Positions 19,437-29,021 of a stretch of DNA of 54,940 nucleotides are shown here, piece after piece. The stretch lies in the NCBI GenBank assembly GCA_025829515.1, contig GCA_025829515.1_4865.2. One strand, written 5' to 3'. The translations under genes and the position numbers were made by a program. Positions within the stretch are counted from its first letter, which is position 1; every line of letters begins with the position of its first letter. This DNA is from a phage. The notes beneath the pieces are model-generated. The model searched no databases. It was given only the letters and a program-made list of their open reading frames with translations, and was not told the origin of the DNA.

Positions 19437-19459
19437 CACGTATCCCGCAAGTCTTATAG
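19421..19459 (+). promoter_or_regulatory. terminator-tail/promoter-like cassette (TTTTTTTTTCTTTTTTCACG-N11-TCTTATAG), copy 2
   Basis: 20-mer identical to 13421-13440 with the TCTTATAG box at near-identical spacing. Confidence 0.4.
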
Positions 19460-19485
19460 CTGAGTAAAAAACCAAGGGGCCAGAC

Positions 19486-21765
19486 GTGGACTACAATTCA
19501 CCATTTCGTCTTAGTCAAGACGAGTATCATCGCGACATTGACGTTATCGATGCGTACTACGAACAACTGGCGCTCTACATTCATACCGTCACCAACGGGA
19601 AATATTCTTTGGAGTTCTGTCGACAGCAGGTCGAAGAAATGTTCCAACCTGGTGGTGAGTTAGTACACGAATTTCCCGTGTGTAAGATGTGGGTGCGCAA
19701 TCAAAAGACCGGCGATCGCGAAGAAAAATACACCACGGTAGATAAACTGTTCCGTACAGTGATTGATAAGCAGATTATCTCTGCGCCGTCGCTGACCTTT
19801 TATCTGCCTGAGCACGTCAAGCGCTCTAAGCTTGCTGAATTTACCGCAGAGAACGTGCGTAAGCGTGCGGTTGTTAAGAAAGAGATGTACGCAGCAGGTG
19901 CTGCGGGTAATGAAGTTCTGCGTATTAACAAAAAGAACGAACAGAACGCTGTTAAGACGTTGAACAACGGGATGTCGGGTGCATTCTCATCACCGTACAC
20001 GGTAATCTTTAACCAGTCTTCGCACTCTGTATTGACGTCAACCTGCCGTACGGCTACATCGTTCGGTAACGCGGGTAACGAACGTCTACTGGGCGGTAAT
20101 CGTCACTACGACACGCCGTCCCGTGTTATCGACCACTTACTGTCTATTGGTACACTGACTAACTTTGCGGAGTTCAAGAAGTGTATGGAACTCTATAACC
20201 TCCACTACCCAACAGTGGACGAGGTTATGGAAGTGGTTATGTACTCTGCAGAGTTTTACTTCCGTAACGACGAAGGGCTGGAGTTCATTCGTCACTACGT
20301 CGGTAATTGTAGCCCGCTGGTACGTGCAGCGTTTGTCTACATGGGTGACTTCTACCACCTGGCGAAATACAACGATGAATTCATGCGCGGATTTATCGGT
20401 GCGCTGATTGCCGAGGAGATGGAAGACGAGATCACCGATTGGGATGCTGCTGAGCGCTCTATCGACGGTGACATGCAGATCATTATCTCGCAGTTCCGTA
20501 CTGATATCGTGCCGTTAGGTAAGTCGTTCTCTGACGTTAAACTCAAAGACGAAAACACGAACAAAGCGGAACCGTGGGATAAGCAGGAAAAATACAAAGA
20601 GCTGATTCGCTCAGCGGTGTATCTGCAGAAAACCATCGGTAAGTACGCGTGCTTGATTCGTAATATCCTGACTACCAAAAACCTGCCGATTAACATTGCC
20701 AGGATGCCTGACGTGGTTCGTCGTGTCGGTGTGGTATCTGATACCGACTCCACGATGATGACTGCACAGTGGTGGGCACAGTGGTATACCGGTCAACATT
20801 ACGGTCGTGAAGCTACGCGCGTATCGGATGCGATGATTTATATTGCAACCCAGCACTTACGTCATCTGATGGCGAGTATGTCGGCGAACATCGGTGTGGC
20901 GAAAGAGCGTCTGTTTTTGTACGCAATGAAGAACGAATTTAAGTTCGACTCCTTTGCGTTAACCACAAAAGCAAAACACTACTTCTCCATCATCACTGGC
21001 CAGGAAGGACAATTGAAGTCCGACCCTGAGTTAGAAGTTAAAGGTGTGTCTTTACGTACGTCGAACATACCGCCTGTGGTCATGAAAGAGTTCAAACGCA
21101 CGATTAAAGAACTCTGTGAGATTGTAGCGCGCGGCGATAAGATTAAGATTCTGCCTCTGCTGGAAAAGGTTGCTGCAATTGAGCACGTTGTGGTGGACTC
21201 TATTCGTGCTGGTAAAGCAGGCTACCTGAAAACAACCAACGTCAAAGACCGTAGTGCGTACTCTGAAGATGATGAAAAGAGCTACCACTACCACCGCATG
21301 TACAACGCCATCTTTGGACCGAAGTACGGCTACCTGGACGAACCGCCTTATGACGCCGTGAAACTTCCGGTAAACCTGGAGAACAAAACAGCCGTTAAAG
21401 AGTGGCTGGAAAACATTAAAGACCCGATGATTAAGACCACTGCAACACGGTGGTTCGAAGAGAACAACTATCGCACCTATCGTACTCTGATACTGCCAGA
21501 GTTCTTGGTGGAAAACTTCGGTATTCCTCCGGAGCTGATTGATGCTGCAGACACACGTCGAAGCGCATTCTCCACAGTAGAACCTTACTATCACATCCTG
21601 GAATGTCTGGGTGTCTTCATGATGGACAAGAACAGAACTCGTCTGCTTTCGGATTACTACGGCGAGTCCGTAGACTCGGTCAAGGAAGAATTAGGTAGCG
21701 GCGAGTACGTTAAGAAATCTGAACGTGATGGAGAGGAAGAGGATGGGGAAGAAGCGGAGGAGTAA
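19486..21765 (+). CDS. large hypothetical protein (759 aa) with weak DNA-polymerase-like motifs
   Basis: GTG start with AAGGGG RBS; contains KTLNNGMSGAF (resembles family-B motif KxxxNSxYG) and VVSDTDS (resembles YGDTDS); acidic C-terminus; assignment not verified. Confidence 0.55.
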   Translation: MDYNSPFRLSQDEYHRDIDVIDAYYEQLALYIHTVTNGKYSLEFCRQQVEEMFQPGGELVHEFPVCKMWVRNQKTGDREEKYTTVDKLFRTVIDKQIISAPSLTFYLPEHVKRSKLAEFTAENVRKRAVVKKEMYAAGAAGNEVLRINKKNEQNAVKTLNNGMSGAFSSPYTVIFNQSSHSVLTSTCRTATSFGNAGNERLLGGNRHYDTPSRVIDHLLSIGTLTNFAEFKKCMELYNLHYPTVDEVMEVVMYSAEFYFRNDEGLEFIRHYVGNCSPLVRAAFVYMGDFYHLAKYNDEFMRGFIGALIAEEMEDEITDWDAAERSIDGDMQIIISQFRTDIVPLGKSFSDVKLKDENTNKAEPWDKQEKYKELIRSAVYLQKTIGKYACLIRNILTTKNLPINIARMPDVVRRVGVVSDTDSTMMTAQWWAQWYTGQHYGREATRVSDAMIYIATQHLRHLMASMSANIGVAKERLFLYAMKNEFKFDSFALTTKAKHYFSIITGQEGQLKSDPELEVKGVSLRTSNIPPVVMKEFKRTIKELCEIVARGDKIKILPLLEKVAAIEHVVVDSIRAGKAGYLKTTNVKDRSAYSEDDEKSYHYHRMYNAIFGPKYGYLDEPPYDAVKLPVNLENKTAVKEWLENIKDPMIKTTATRWFEENNYRTYRTLILPEFLVENFGIPPELIDAADTRRSAFSTVEPYYHILECLGVFMMDKNRTRLLSDYYGESVDSVKEELGSGEYVKKSERDGEEEDGEEAEE

Positions 21766-21821
21766 GAATAAGTCACGATCGTGTGTACCACAAACAATAA
21801 CCGTTACGGGGGTGGAAGGGT

Positions 21822-22022
21822 ATGTATCGAAATAGTGGGAAGTCCACAGAGATGATAACCGCAATCCGTCGCGACCTCGAAGAACGGGGTTGCGTGGATA
21901 TTGAGTTACATCAGGCAGGCGAAACGGTGCATATCACGGCATTGGATGCCAAACGGAAACGTAGTATCACTGTGTGGGGTAAACCATACGCAAGTGATTT
22001 TACGGAGACGATAAAATACTAG
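21822..22022 (+). CDS. hypothetical small protein
   Basis: 66-aa ORF with GGAAGGG upstream, followed by a terminator. Confidence 0.4.
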   Translation: MYRNSGKSTEMITAIRRDLEERGCVDIELHQAGETVHITALDAKRKRSITVWGKPYASDFTETIKY

Positions 22023-22047
22023 ACAGACAAAAAATAAAAAAAAAGAA

Positions 22048-22073
22048 CTACACACCGAAGTGTGTAGTTTTTG
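22048..22073. terminator. bidirectional rho-independent terminator
   Basis: Stem ctacacac/gtgtgtag flanked by an A-run upstream and T-run downstream; between convergent genes. Confidence 0.6.
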
Positions 22074-22121
22074 TATATAGTATGAATACTCGAAAGAGTG
22101 TTCGCGAGGAGAGAGTAAGTC

Positions 22122-23189
22122 TTATTTTTCTTCTAGCTCTGTCGTCAACGGGATAATCAAATCCCGTTGGATAAAGTTATAGAAGGATTTAGTCAGACGT
22201 GTGAGGACTTTAGAGTCCACATAACGCGCCAAATCAACCAACATCGTACGTTTATGCTTTTCCATATTCCCCTGGTTGTATTGAAGACAAAACAGTGCCC
22301 AGTACCAGTTCACCATGTTCTGGTGCCAGGTGTTCTGCAGTGTTTGACCTGGTTCTCGAAAGACAATCAGTTCCAGTGCTGTGTGGCCTTCTTCATCAGG
22401 GTGTTGGAAGAACAATGGGATGTTGTTTAAGACTTGTCCCGGTAACGGGTTGGCAGCCAGTAGTTTACTACGGATGCCTTTTGCGTGCTTCACAGCTAAA
22501 GCTTGAAGCGGCGGAACAGGAATGACACGTAATGTTTCATCCGGTTCAATCTCTTTCCCGAAGGCTATCGCACGATGTATATTTACAAAGGCGATATCCA
22601 TGTAGCTCGGCAACATGCGAGAGATCACATGTCGTTGGAGATACACAGGTGTGGCAATAGGTTCGGTACCGCGACTGTAGTGCTGCTGACCTTTGACATA
22701 TTGCCAAAGCAAAGCAACCAGGTTGATTTCGATCACCGTAACACCTCGGGGCCGTCCGTCACCGAACTTCCAATTGAGGTTGGTATACTCGTGGTAGAGG
22801 TAACGTGCGGGGGTGTAGTCGCGGAACGAAAGGTCTGGATTTACTGGGCGGGCTACGAGAGAGATTACCTCATCTTGGCCCTGGATAAACTTGCTATTAA
22901 AGATTTGACCGTACTCACCAACAGACGTCAAGCGTAAGGCGTTACCGATCTGAACAAGTTTGCGACGGCAAGCCCATTCGATGTCTTCGTACTCTGGTTC
23001 ACCGGCATAGCCGATGGCAGACAACACCTCTTGCAACAAATGGCCATTACCAGCACTGCGATTAAGCTGTTCGTAGTAGTTGCGTATACGCTGGCTGTTG
23101 TTTTTTACGTGAGCCGCTAATGTTATAGCGGAGGGGTCCGTGCTGTGACCCTTTATGGCCACTTGGTTTAACTCGGCTTGGCTGAACAT
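22122..23189 (-). CDS. hypothetical protein
   Basis: ORF track extends to 23210 via GTG; the in-frame ATG (plus 23187-23189) has AAGGAG 7 nt upstream, giving MFSQAELNQ... Confidence 0.6.
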   Translation of the reverse strand: MFSQAELNQVAIKGHSTDPSAITLAAHVKNNSQRIRNYYEQLNRSAGNGHLLQEVLSAIGYAGEPEYEDIEWACRRKLVQIGNALRLTSVGEYGQIFNSKFIQGQDEVISLVARPVNPDLSFRDYTPARYLYHEYTNLNWKFGDGRPRGVTVIEINLVALLWQYVKGQQHYSRGTEPIATPVYLQRHVISRMLPSYMDIAFVNIHRAIAFGKEIEPDETLRVIPVPPLQALAVKHAKGIRSKLLAANPLPGQVLNNIPLFFQHPDEEGHTALELIVFREPGQTLQNTWHQNMVNWYWALFCLQYNQGNMEKHKRTMLVDLARYVDSKVLTRLTKSFYNFIQRDLIIPLTTELEEK

Positions 23190-23241
23190 GGCAGACTCCT
23201 TAGATTCCACATAGGAAGTCAGTCACAGTCAAAAATATCTC

Positions 23242-23256
23242 AGATTGATATTATCT
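23242..23256. promoter_or_regulatory. palindromic motif site C (cagattgatattatct, one mismatch)
   Basis: About 55 nt upstream of the minus-strand gene start at 23189, in a divergent intergenic region. Confidence 0.45.
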
Positions 23257-23337
23257 ATGTGACAGTTCCTGAGAAATGTCTGGACTATGTGCCTTGTAAG
23301 TAAGCGACGGCGTACTTGCATTCCATGAAATTACAGG

Positions 23338-23350
23338 CAGATATTATCTC
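23338..23350 (+). promoter_or_regulatory. palindromic motif site D (perfect core AGATAtTATCT)
   Basis: About 50 nt upstream of the highly codon-optimised 617-aa gene. Confidence 0.5.
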
Positions 23351-23395
23351 TGCGAACCGAACTATGATTGCAATCACTATTAAGGAATATTTAAA

Positions 23396-25249
23396 ATGGT
23401 AAAAATCGTTGACTCTAACAACAACGCTCAGCAGAACAACACTCAGACTCAAGACACCGCACCACTGGGCGGTCTGGGCAACGAGACTGTAAAAGTGCAA
23501 ACTGCTGTGCCGGGTACTTCTACTGTCAGCCAATTCGATAACGCATTTGGCATCCGCAACATCAGCACCTATGCAATGCACTTCGTCAACCTCCTGGACG
23601 AGCTGAAGAAAAGCAACGAATACCTCAACGCATTCCGCTGGGGCACCATCGCTGGCGTGGGTAACGAAATGGGTTCCGCGGCGTATGTCGCAGGCCAATG
23701 GCAGGGCCACTGGCTGTATGGTATCATCTTCTTTGAACGCGGTCAGTCTCTGCGTCTGAAAGAAACTACCAACAACGGCCAGGAAGACTACTACACCATC
23801 ACTGAACTGTTCAACAAAGACGTGCTGGCAGTAGTACAGAAAAACATCATGGAAGCGCATGGTCTGACCAATGCGAACTTCATGATCATCAACTCCGTAC
23901 CAGACCTGGGTAAAGTTCTGGATGCTGAGTGGGCACGTACTCTGATGGGTCAGATGATGATGGGCATCTTCGGTCGTATCGCAGGCTACCTGGGTACGCT
24001 GAACCTGCGTAAGCATGACCGTTATCAGGCTGCAGTAATGCCGCTGGAAGATGGTGCGGTTGTGGATGCTAACGGCCACGCACAACGTGCTGATTTCGCA
24101 ATCACCGTTGAGCACAGCCCAAGCAACGTATCCGACGCCACTCCGACTCTGCTGGACACCAATCAGGTACAGGTGTATCCGCGTGTATCCGGTACTGGTT
24201 TCGTCAACATGCGTTTCACCGGTCAGAAGCCTGTCGTTAACGGCGTCTACGACCTGAAACAGCTGCAGGCTGAAATCGTAGTAAGTCTGGTCGATTCTCA
24301 AACTGAAGGTGCAATGGCACCGTATGAACGTCAACTGCTGCTGCTGGCTGCATTTGCAGAAATCGCGGCAATCGGTGGCTGGCGTGACCTGTTTGTGAAA
24401 CGTCTGAACAAACAAGATCGCAAGTTCTCCCGTGTGGCAGAATACCTGTCCTGGGGTGCTGACGCTCGTCCTGATGTATCCAAAATCGACGGTAGCCGTG
24501 AAGCTATCGAAGGTTGCCTGGATATGTTCGCACCGCGTGAAGCAGCACTGGTAGTTAGCCATCGTGCCGGTAACGGTCTGGGTGGTCTGTCTACTATGCT
24601 GTCTGAAATTGCGGTCGGTTACGACAACTCTCTGAAACAGCTGCTCGCTATTCTGAATTCCATGTCCCCGCGTGATCAGAACGGCGAAGTTGTTGCAGCG
24701 ACCAGCTTCACTGCAGTATTTGCTTCTGCACTGAAAGCACAGCTGGGCGATGCCTTCAATGGTACCATCCATTGCAGCCACATCGTGAAAGCAGCCGTAC
24801 CGACTGTTTCCGGTGTTTACACCGGTACTGCACAGAAACGTAGCTTCCAGGATATGGACCTGATTTCCGTTGTTACCAAACTGGGTGATAACGCGAACGA
24901 CGTCTATAGCTACCTGAACGCACAGTCCTACAGCCACCGTGAACTGAACGAGCGTCAACAGCGTATCTACATGCTGAAACTGGCCGCTTCTCTGTTCGCA
25001 TCCAAAGCACCGCAAGCTACCGGTGAATCTCTGGATATGGCTATCAACCCGATCTTCGGTAAATGCCTGCTGGACTTCGTCCGTAACAACTGCACCTGGT
25101 CTATGACTGGTGTAAATGCCTACAACACGATGGCGACCTCTCTGTTCTTCAACAACGGTGGGGAAGACTTCACGCTGTCTGGCAACGGCCTGTCTGCAAG
25201 CGGTTCCGATTTCGGTCTGGGCGTGTCTCTGAGCAACTTCAAACTGTAA
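23396..25249 (+). CDS. abundant 617-aa protein; candidate phage-nucleus shell protein (chimallin-like) by synteny, alternatively a major structural protein
   Basis: Strongly biased codon usage (ctg, cgt, ggt, aaa) implies very high expression; AAGGA RBS; lies immediately upstream of the RNAP beta' N gene, as chimallin does in phiKZ; no sequence-level confirmation. Confidence 0.6.
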   Translation: MVKIVDSNNNAQQNNTQTQDTAPLGGLGNETVKVQTAVPGTSTVSQFDNAFGIRNISTYAMHFVNLLDELKKSNEYLNAFRWGTIAGVGNEMGSAAYVAGQWQGHWLYGIIFFERGQSLRLKETTNNGQEDYYTITELFNKDVLAVVQKNIMEAHGLTNANFMIINSVPDLGKVLDAEWARTLMGQMMMGIFGRIAGYLGTLNLRKHDRYQAAVMPLEDGAVVDANGHAQRADFAITVEHSPSNVSDATPTLLDTNQVQVYPRVSGTGFVNMRFTGQKPVVNGVYDLKQLQAEIVVSLVDSQTEGAMAPYERQLLLLAAFAEIAAIGGWRDLFVKRLNKQDRKFSRVAEYLSWGADARPDVSKIDGSREAIEGCLDMFAPREAALVVSHRAGNGLGGLSTMLSEIAVGYDNSLKQLLAILNSMSPRDQNGEVVAATSFTAVFASALKAQLGDAFNGTIHCSHIVKAAVPTVSGVYTGTAQKRSFQDMDLISVVTKLGDNANDVYSYLNAQSYSHRELNERQQRIYMLKLAASLFASKAPQATGESLDMAINPIFGKCLLDFVRNNCTWSMTGVNAYNTMATSLFFNNGGEDFTLSGNGLSASGSDFGLGVSLSNFKL

Positions 25250-25278
25250 TCGAATCGGTTACTGAGTAGTTAGGAAAC

Positions 25279-25317
25279 GGACGGGGGCTAACGCCTCCGT
25301 CCTTCCCTCTTTTTTTG
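25279..25317 (+). terminator. rho-independent terminator
   Basis: GC-rich stem ggacggggg/cctccgtcc followed by a T-run. Confidence 0.6.
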
Positions 25318-25331
25318 TTGAGGTTGACAGA

Positions 25332-27283
25332 GTGAGAAAGGTACCAAAATTCTACGGAATATCCGGCCGGTTGGTTAGTCAGGATAACTATTTGTCCGAT
25401 TTGCAAATAGAAGCTGCAGCCAAAGGTATTAAACCACCCACTATTATTAACGATGTCGCCGTTAACGGGGATGCTATCGAGGTTGCTGAACTTATCGATC
25501 GCATGGTACAGAACAGAATCGTTGACGAAGAACTGAACTCTGCACCGATTTGTAGTTTGGATTGTCCGGCACCGATCGCGCATCGTTACAATCTCGGTTG
25601 TAAGTGTCCGACGTGTGGCTATGTTGTAACTGAACATCGAATTGAATCCGATGTCTGGTTACGTGCACCCGATGAAATGGGTAACTTCGTCAACCCACGA
25701 TTCTGGGCAATGTTCAATGCTTTCTTTAATAGCAAGTTGAAGAAGTTTGAACGTAACAAGGTCACTATCGAACGCGGTAATGACTTGATGATGTGGATGA
25801 TTGACCCGTATTACCGTATAGAAGAACCAGACGGTAAACGCGCACATGCTGTGAAACGTGTATTGGAAGAACATGGTTTCGTTCGTGGCTTGCGCAATCT
25901 GGTTGATAACCACGTTAGTATCTTTAACATCCTTACCACGCCAGAAGCCTGGAAGGAAATCTTCGCACCTAATCGGCATAACGCCGCTGAAGGTGAACGC
26001 TTACGTTTACAATGGAAGGAGCTATTCGAAACGCAACGTCACGCATTCTTCCCAAGACACTTACCGCTAATCTCCTCTAAACTTATCGTTACTGAGGAAG
26101 GTCGTCGTGGTGTCATGGTAGACCCAGTGTTCACGGGTGCTATTGATGCGGTGAAAAATATCGCGTTGCTCTATACGCGGCGTAAAGCGATCGAACCACG
26201 TTTTCTGATTAGTCGTGCTTTGAAGGCGAACCGTCAGCTAACGTACTTCCACATGGACTTCCGTCGTGAGTCTATGGAAGGTAAACCGGGTGACTATCGT
26301 GCGAAATTGGGTTCTACCCATATCCCGTTCGGTGGTCGTGCAACCATCTCACCTATCTCAGAACCACATGATGCCTGGAAGTTAAAAGCACCATGGCGTT
26401 GGATGGTTGGGTTGATGTCGACCCACATCGAGAACAAACTGCTACGACGCGGTTATTCGTCACGGCAGTGTGAACGTATCGTTGCGAAAGCGGCAATGCA
26501 GTATGACCCGCTTGTAGATGAAATCTTTAAAGAACTGATTCGTGAATCCCCAGGCGGTCTTGGGATCATGGTCATACCGTTACGTAACCCAACGCTGGTA
26601 CAGTTGTCTATTCAAACGCTGTACATCGATGAAGTTGTTACCGATGTTAACCAGTGTTCGCTGCGTATCTCTGACCGTGTGATCAAGATGGCTAACGGTT
26701 CGAAAAGAGCCCCATCGGACGGGAAACCTCTGATGCGTATTCTCCTGAAATGCTGGGAAACCCTAAAGCGTATCTACCAGAAATGGGGACGAAAGTCTGA
26801 AACAACAGATACGATGACCTACGCTAAACAATACTGCTAACGGTTGTGATAATGGGTAATCAGCAGCGAAGCCTCGTGAGAGGAACGTTCAACGACTATC
26901 GCTGAAATGCGAGTAGGGGTCCCAGTGGACTTCGAAGTGGGAGAACACCTAAGGCGATAGCTATGGTGAAGATATAGTCTGTGCCTTATCGAGAGATAAG
27001 GAGGGTGTCTTAGCACACCTGCTGTATACGGAAACGGTATACGGTGGACAAACAGGATTTCGATGGCGACCAGTTCCAGGTACGTTTGCCAGTCGATGAA
27101 ACTGAGATGAAGTTGGCGCTCCAATTCCGTCCAGATAACGGCTTTATGTCTTCTACTGATGTGGACCGCGTAGAACACGGCATGGTTTTACATAACGAGC
27201 TAATCAGTATGCAGAACCAGTTCCTTATTGAAGCAGATGAGGATGATGAAGAAGGCATTCCGTTGGAAGCGGTGATGGGCTAA
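25332..27283 (+). CDS. multisubunit RNA polymerase beta'-like N-terminal fragment, interrupted by a group I intron (exon 1 ~25332..26662, exon 2 ~27037..27283)
   Basis: Exon 1 has a beta'-type zinc ribbon (CSLDCPAPIAHRYNLGCKCPTCG), FRRESMEGK...GGRATISPISEP and IPLRNPTLVQLSIQ (cf. E. coli NRAPTLHRLGIQ); downstream frame encodes DFDGDQFQVRLPVDETEMKLALQF (cf. [26 protein letters not shown]); the two parts are in different frames ~370 nt apart and the second has no RBS. Confidence 0.65.
26663..27036 (+). ncRNA. putative ORF-less group I intron (boundaries +/- ~10 nt)
   Basis: Core elements in canonical order: P-like ggacgggaaa (26717-26727), Q-like aatcagcagcgaagcc (26858-26873), R-like gttcaacgactat (26887-26899), and aagatatagtc (26969-26979) identical to the Tetrahymena intron S element; gactat and atagtc can form P7; a U-ended exon 1 and G-ended intron restore the frame. 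Confidence 0.55.
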
Positions 27284-27296
27284 TAGGAGTATTGTA

Positions 27297-27878
27297 ATGT
27301 GGCTACAAGGTAGCACGGTGTGGACGAAACAGACCGAAGGTAGCGGGGCACTCAGCGTATTCAAAGAATCGTTTTCGCTGTCTAGCCTGGCACCCGATCT
27401 CGTTGACCGTGTAAAAGAACATTGTCAGGACTTAATCTCACTGGAGCGTTTCCGTGAAACATTCAGTACCGCACGTAAATTACGTTATAGCGATGCGGTA
27501 GAGATGGTAAGACAGATCGAAGAGTTGGGTGAATTCCAGTTCGCCAATGCTGCTTTACAGCCATTCCTCGTTGCCATGCCGGAATATCGTAAGTTGTATA
27601 ATGACGGTATGGCGACTGGTTATGAGAACGGCTTTTCTCGGTTGGATGTGTTCAAAGGCAATGCGTATATGCGTACCGATGACCACTTCCGCGAAGCAAC
27701 ATCGGGCATTTCGACGAAGTACGATGAAGATAAGATTTGGCAATGGGCTACCAATGAAGATCGTGCAGTACGACTGAGTCGAATCGATAAAGTGGATATT
27801 CAACTTAACTGGGCACGCATGTCAGCTTTCGACTGGGAAGATGGTGATCCCTGTTCGGAACTTGGCGCGACGTGTTAA
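27297..27878 (+). CDS. hypothetical protein
   Basis: 193-aa ORF; TAGGAG RBS. Confidence 0.55.
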   Translation: MWLQGSTVWTKQTEGSGALSVFKESFSLSSLAPDLVDRVKEHCQDLISLERFRETFSTARKLRYSDAVEMVRQIEELGEFQFANAALQPFLVAMPEYRKLYNDGMATGYENGFSRLDVFKGNAYMRTDDHFREATSGISTKYDEDKIWQWATNEDRAVRLSRIDKVDIQLNWARMSAFDWEDGDPCSELGATC

Positions 27879-27883
27879 AAAAG

Positions 27884-27912
27884 ATGGGGCTTCGGCCCCT
27901 CTTTTTTTCTTC
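27884..27912 (+). terminator. rho-independent terminator
   Basis: Stem ggggc/gcccc with UUCG loop followed by tctttttttcttc. Confidence 0.6.
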
Positions 27913-27960
27913 ACTGGGGGCTGTATGCAGCATCCTACCTTGAATTTGACAGGAGCTAAC

Positions 27961-28347
27961 ATGATTGCGGTAGGAACCTTATCCACACGTGGCTGGGCAC
28001 GTACACCCCAGGAAAAGGCGCGTGAGTTGATGAACCATTACACCGAGTCTGGCTATAGCCAATCGGTGGTTTATCGTGGGAACATTAAATCACTTGCGTA
28101 TACGCAAGCTGTGTTTGCACAAGATCCCGACGGGATGGTTGCCCAGATTAAAATGGATTTGGAGAACCTCTACGGGAACGTATTTCCTGCTGGCGTTGAA
28201 GTTGAAACCAGCTGGGAGTTTTTAAAAGATTCAGATGTGCGTTACCGCATCTTCATTAGTGTCCGTGTGCAAGAAGTTGTAGACGGTGAATGGTACGATG
28301 TTGAGCGGTACGTGGATACCGAGTCGAGTGCGATTGAGGATATGTAA
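27961..28347 (+). CDS. hypothetical protein
   Basis: ORF track start 27841 runs through the terminator; in-frame ATG at 27961 has AGGAG upstream (alternative ATG at 27925). Confidence 0.5.
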   Translation: MIAVGTLSTRGWARTPQEKARELMNHYTESGYSQSVVYRGNIKSLAYTQAVFAQDPDGMVAQIKMDLENLYGNVFPAGVEVETSWEFLKDSDVRYRIFISVRVQEVVDGEWYDVERYVDTESSAIEDM

Positions 28348-29021
28348 TGAGCCAGGAACCTACATTTAACGGTGTACCGTTAAGTCAGATGAATGAGCAG
28401 ATGCGCTTTGAGTATAACAAACTCAAAGAGATTGAAAACGATTTGGCGGAAAGCCAGAACGTCTGTAGTGTCTTCACCGAAGCACAGTTCCGTCGACAGG
28501 GCTTACCACTGCTGTCCGGGATGCTTGATGGTACTTTTAACGAAGAGACCTGGACGGCTTACGTAGGAAGTCCATTTGTACCCCTACAGATTGTGGACGA
28601 TGCTGATAACAGCAAACTGCTATTTACCATCCCTGCTCTGCTGAACACCGGCCGCTCGTTAATCACCGTTGACGGCGAACCCTCCCTCTCCGATGAGACT
28701 GAGTACATCCGTCGTCAGGTTGATGTGATTGCAACCGTCGGTGAAACCCAGATGTACAAGATGATCGATTACACCTTAACCGGGATCGAAAATATGTCTC
28801 TGGCTGAAAATTCAGTTCGTGCGAAGTACATTATTGACTTGCTGAACTGGATTTTCCGACGCTACGGTGTGGGTGGTCAATTGCCATATCCGGAAGGGTT
28901 GGTTGAATACGTCGATAAAATTACCGGCGGTAAAAACACGGCGACAGCTGCAGAGACTTCGGTGCAAGCCCCAGCTCAAACGCAGCCAATCGTAGGGATC
29001 GGTGATGGAGAAGATTACTAA
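28347..29021 (+). CDS. hypothetical protein
   Basis: 224-aa ORF; TAATG overlap with the upstream stop. Confidence 0.55.
   Translation: MSQEPTFNGVPLSQMNEQMRFEYNKLKEIENDLAESQNVCSVFTEAQFRRQGLPLLSGMLDGTFNEETWTAYVGSPFVPLQIVDDADNSKLLFTIPALLNTGRSLITVDGEPSLSDETEYIRRQVDVIATVGETQMYKMIDYTLTGIENMSLAENSVRAKYIIDLLNWIFRRYGVGGQLPYPEGLVEYVDKITGGKNTATAAETSVQAPAQTQPIVGIGDGEDY

Noticed and set aside
23285-25015. 576-aa minus-strand ORF antisense to the 617-aa gene
   Set aside because: Antisense shadow of a strongly codon-optimised plus-strand gene that has its own RBS and upstream motif; the minus ORF has an odd Cys/His/Gln-rich composition and no RBS
26837-27258. Minus-strand ORFs 26837..27178 and 27010..27258
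   Set aside because: They overlap the putative intron and beta' exon 2, which are supported by conserved RNA and protein motifs on the plus strand
25332-27283. Intein as the explanation for the interrupted beta' gene
   Set aside because: The two parts are in different frames and separated by in-frame stop codons, which excludes protein splicing; group I RNA core elements are present instead
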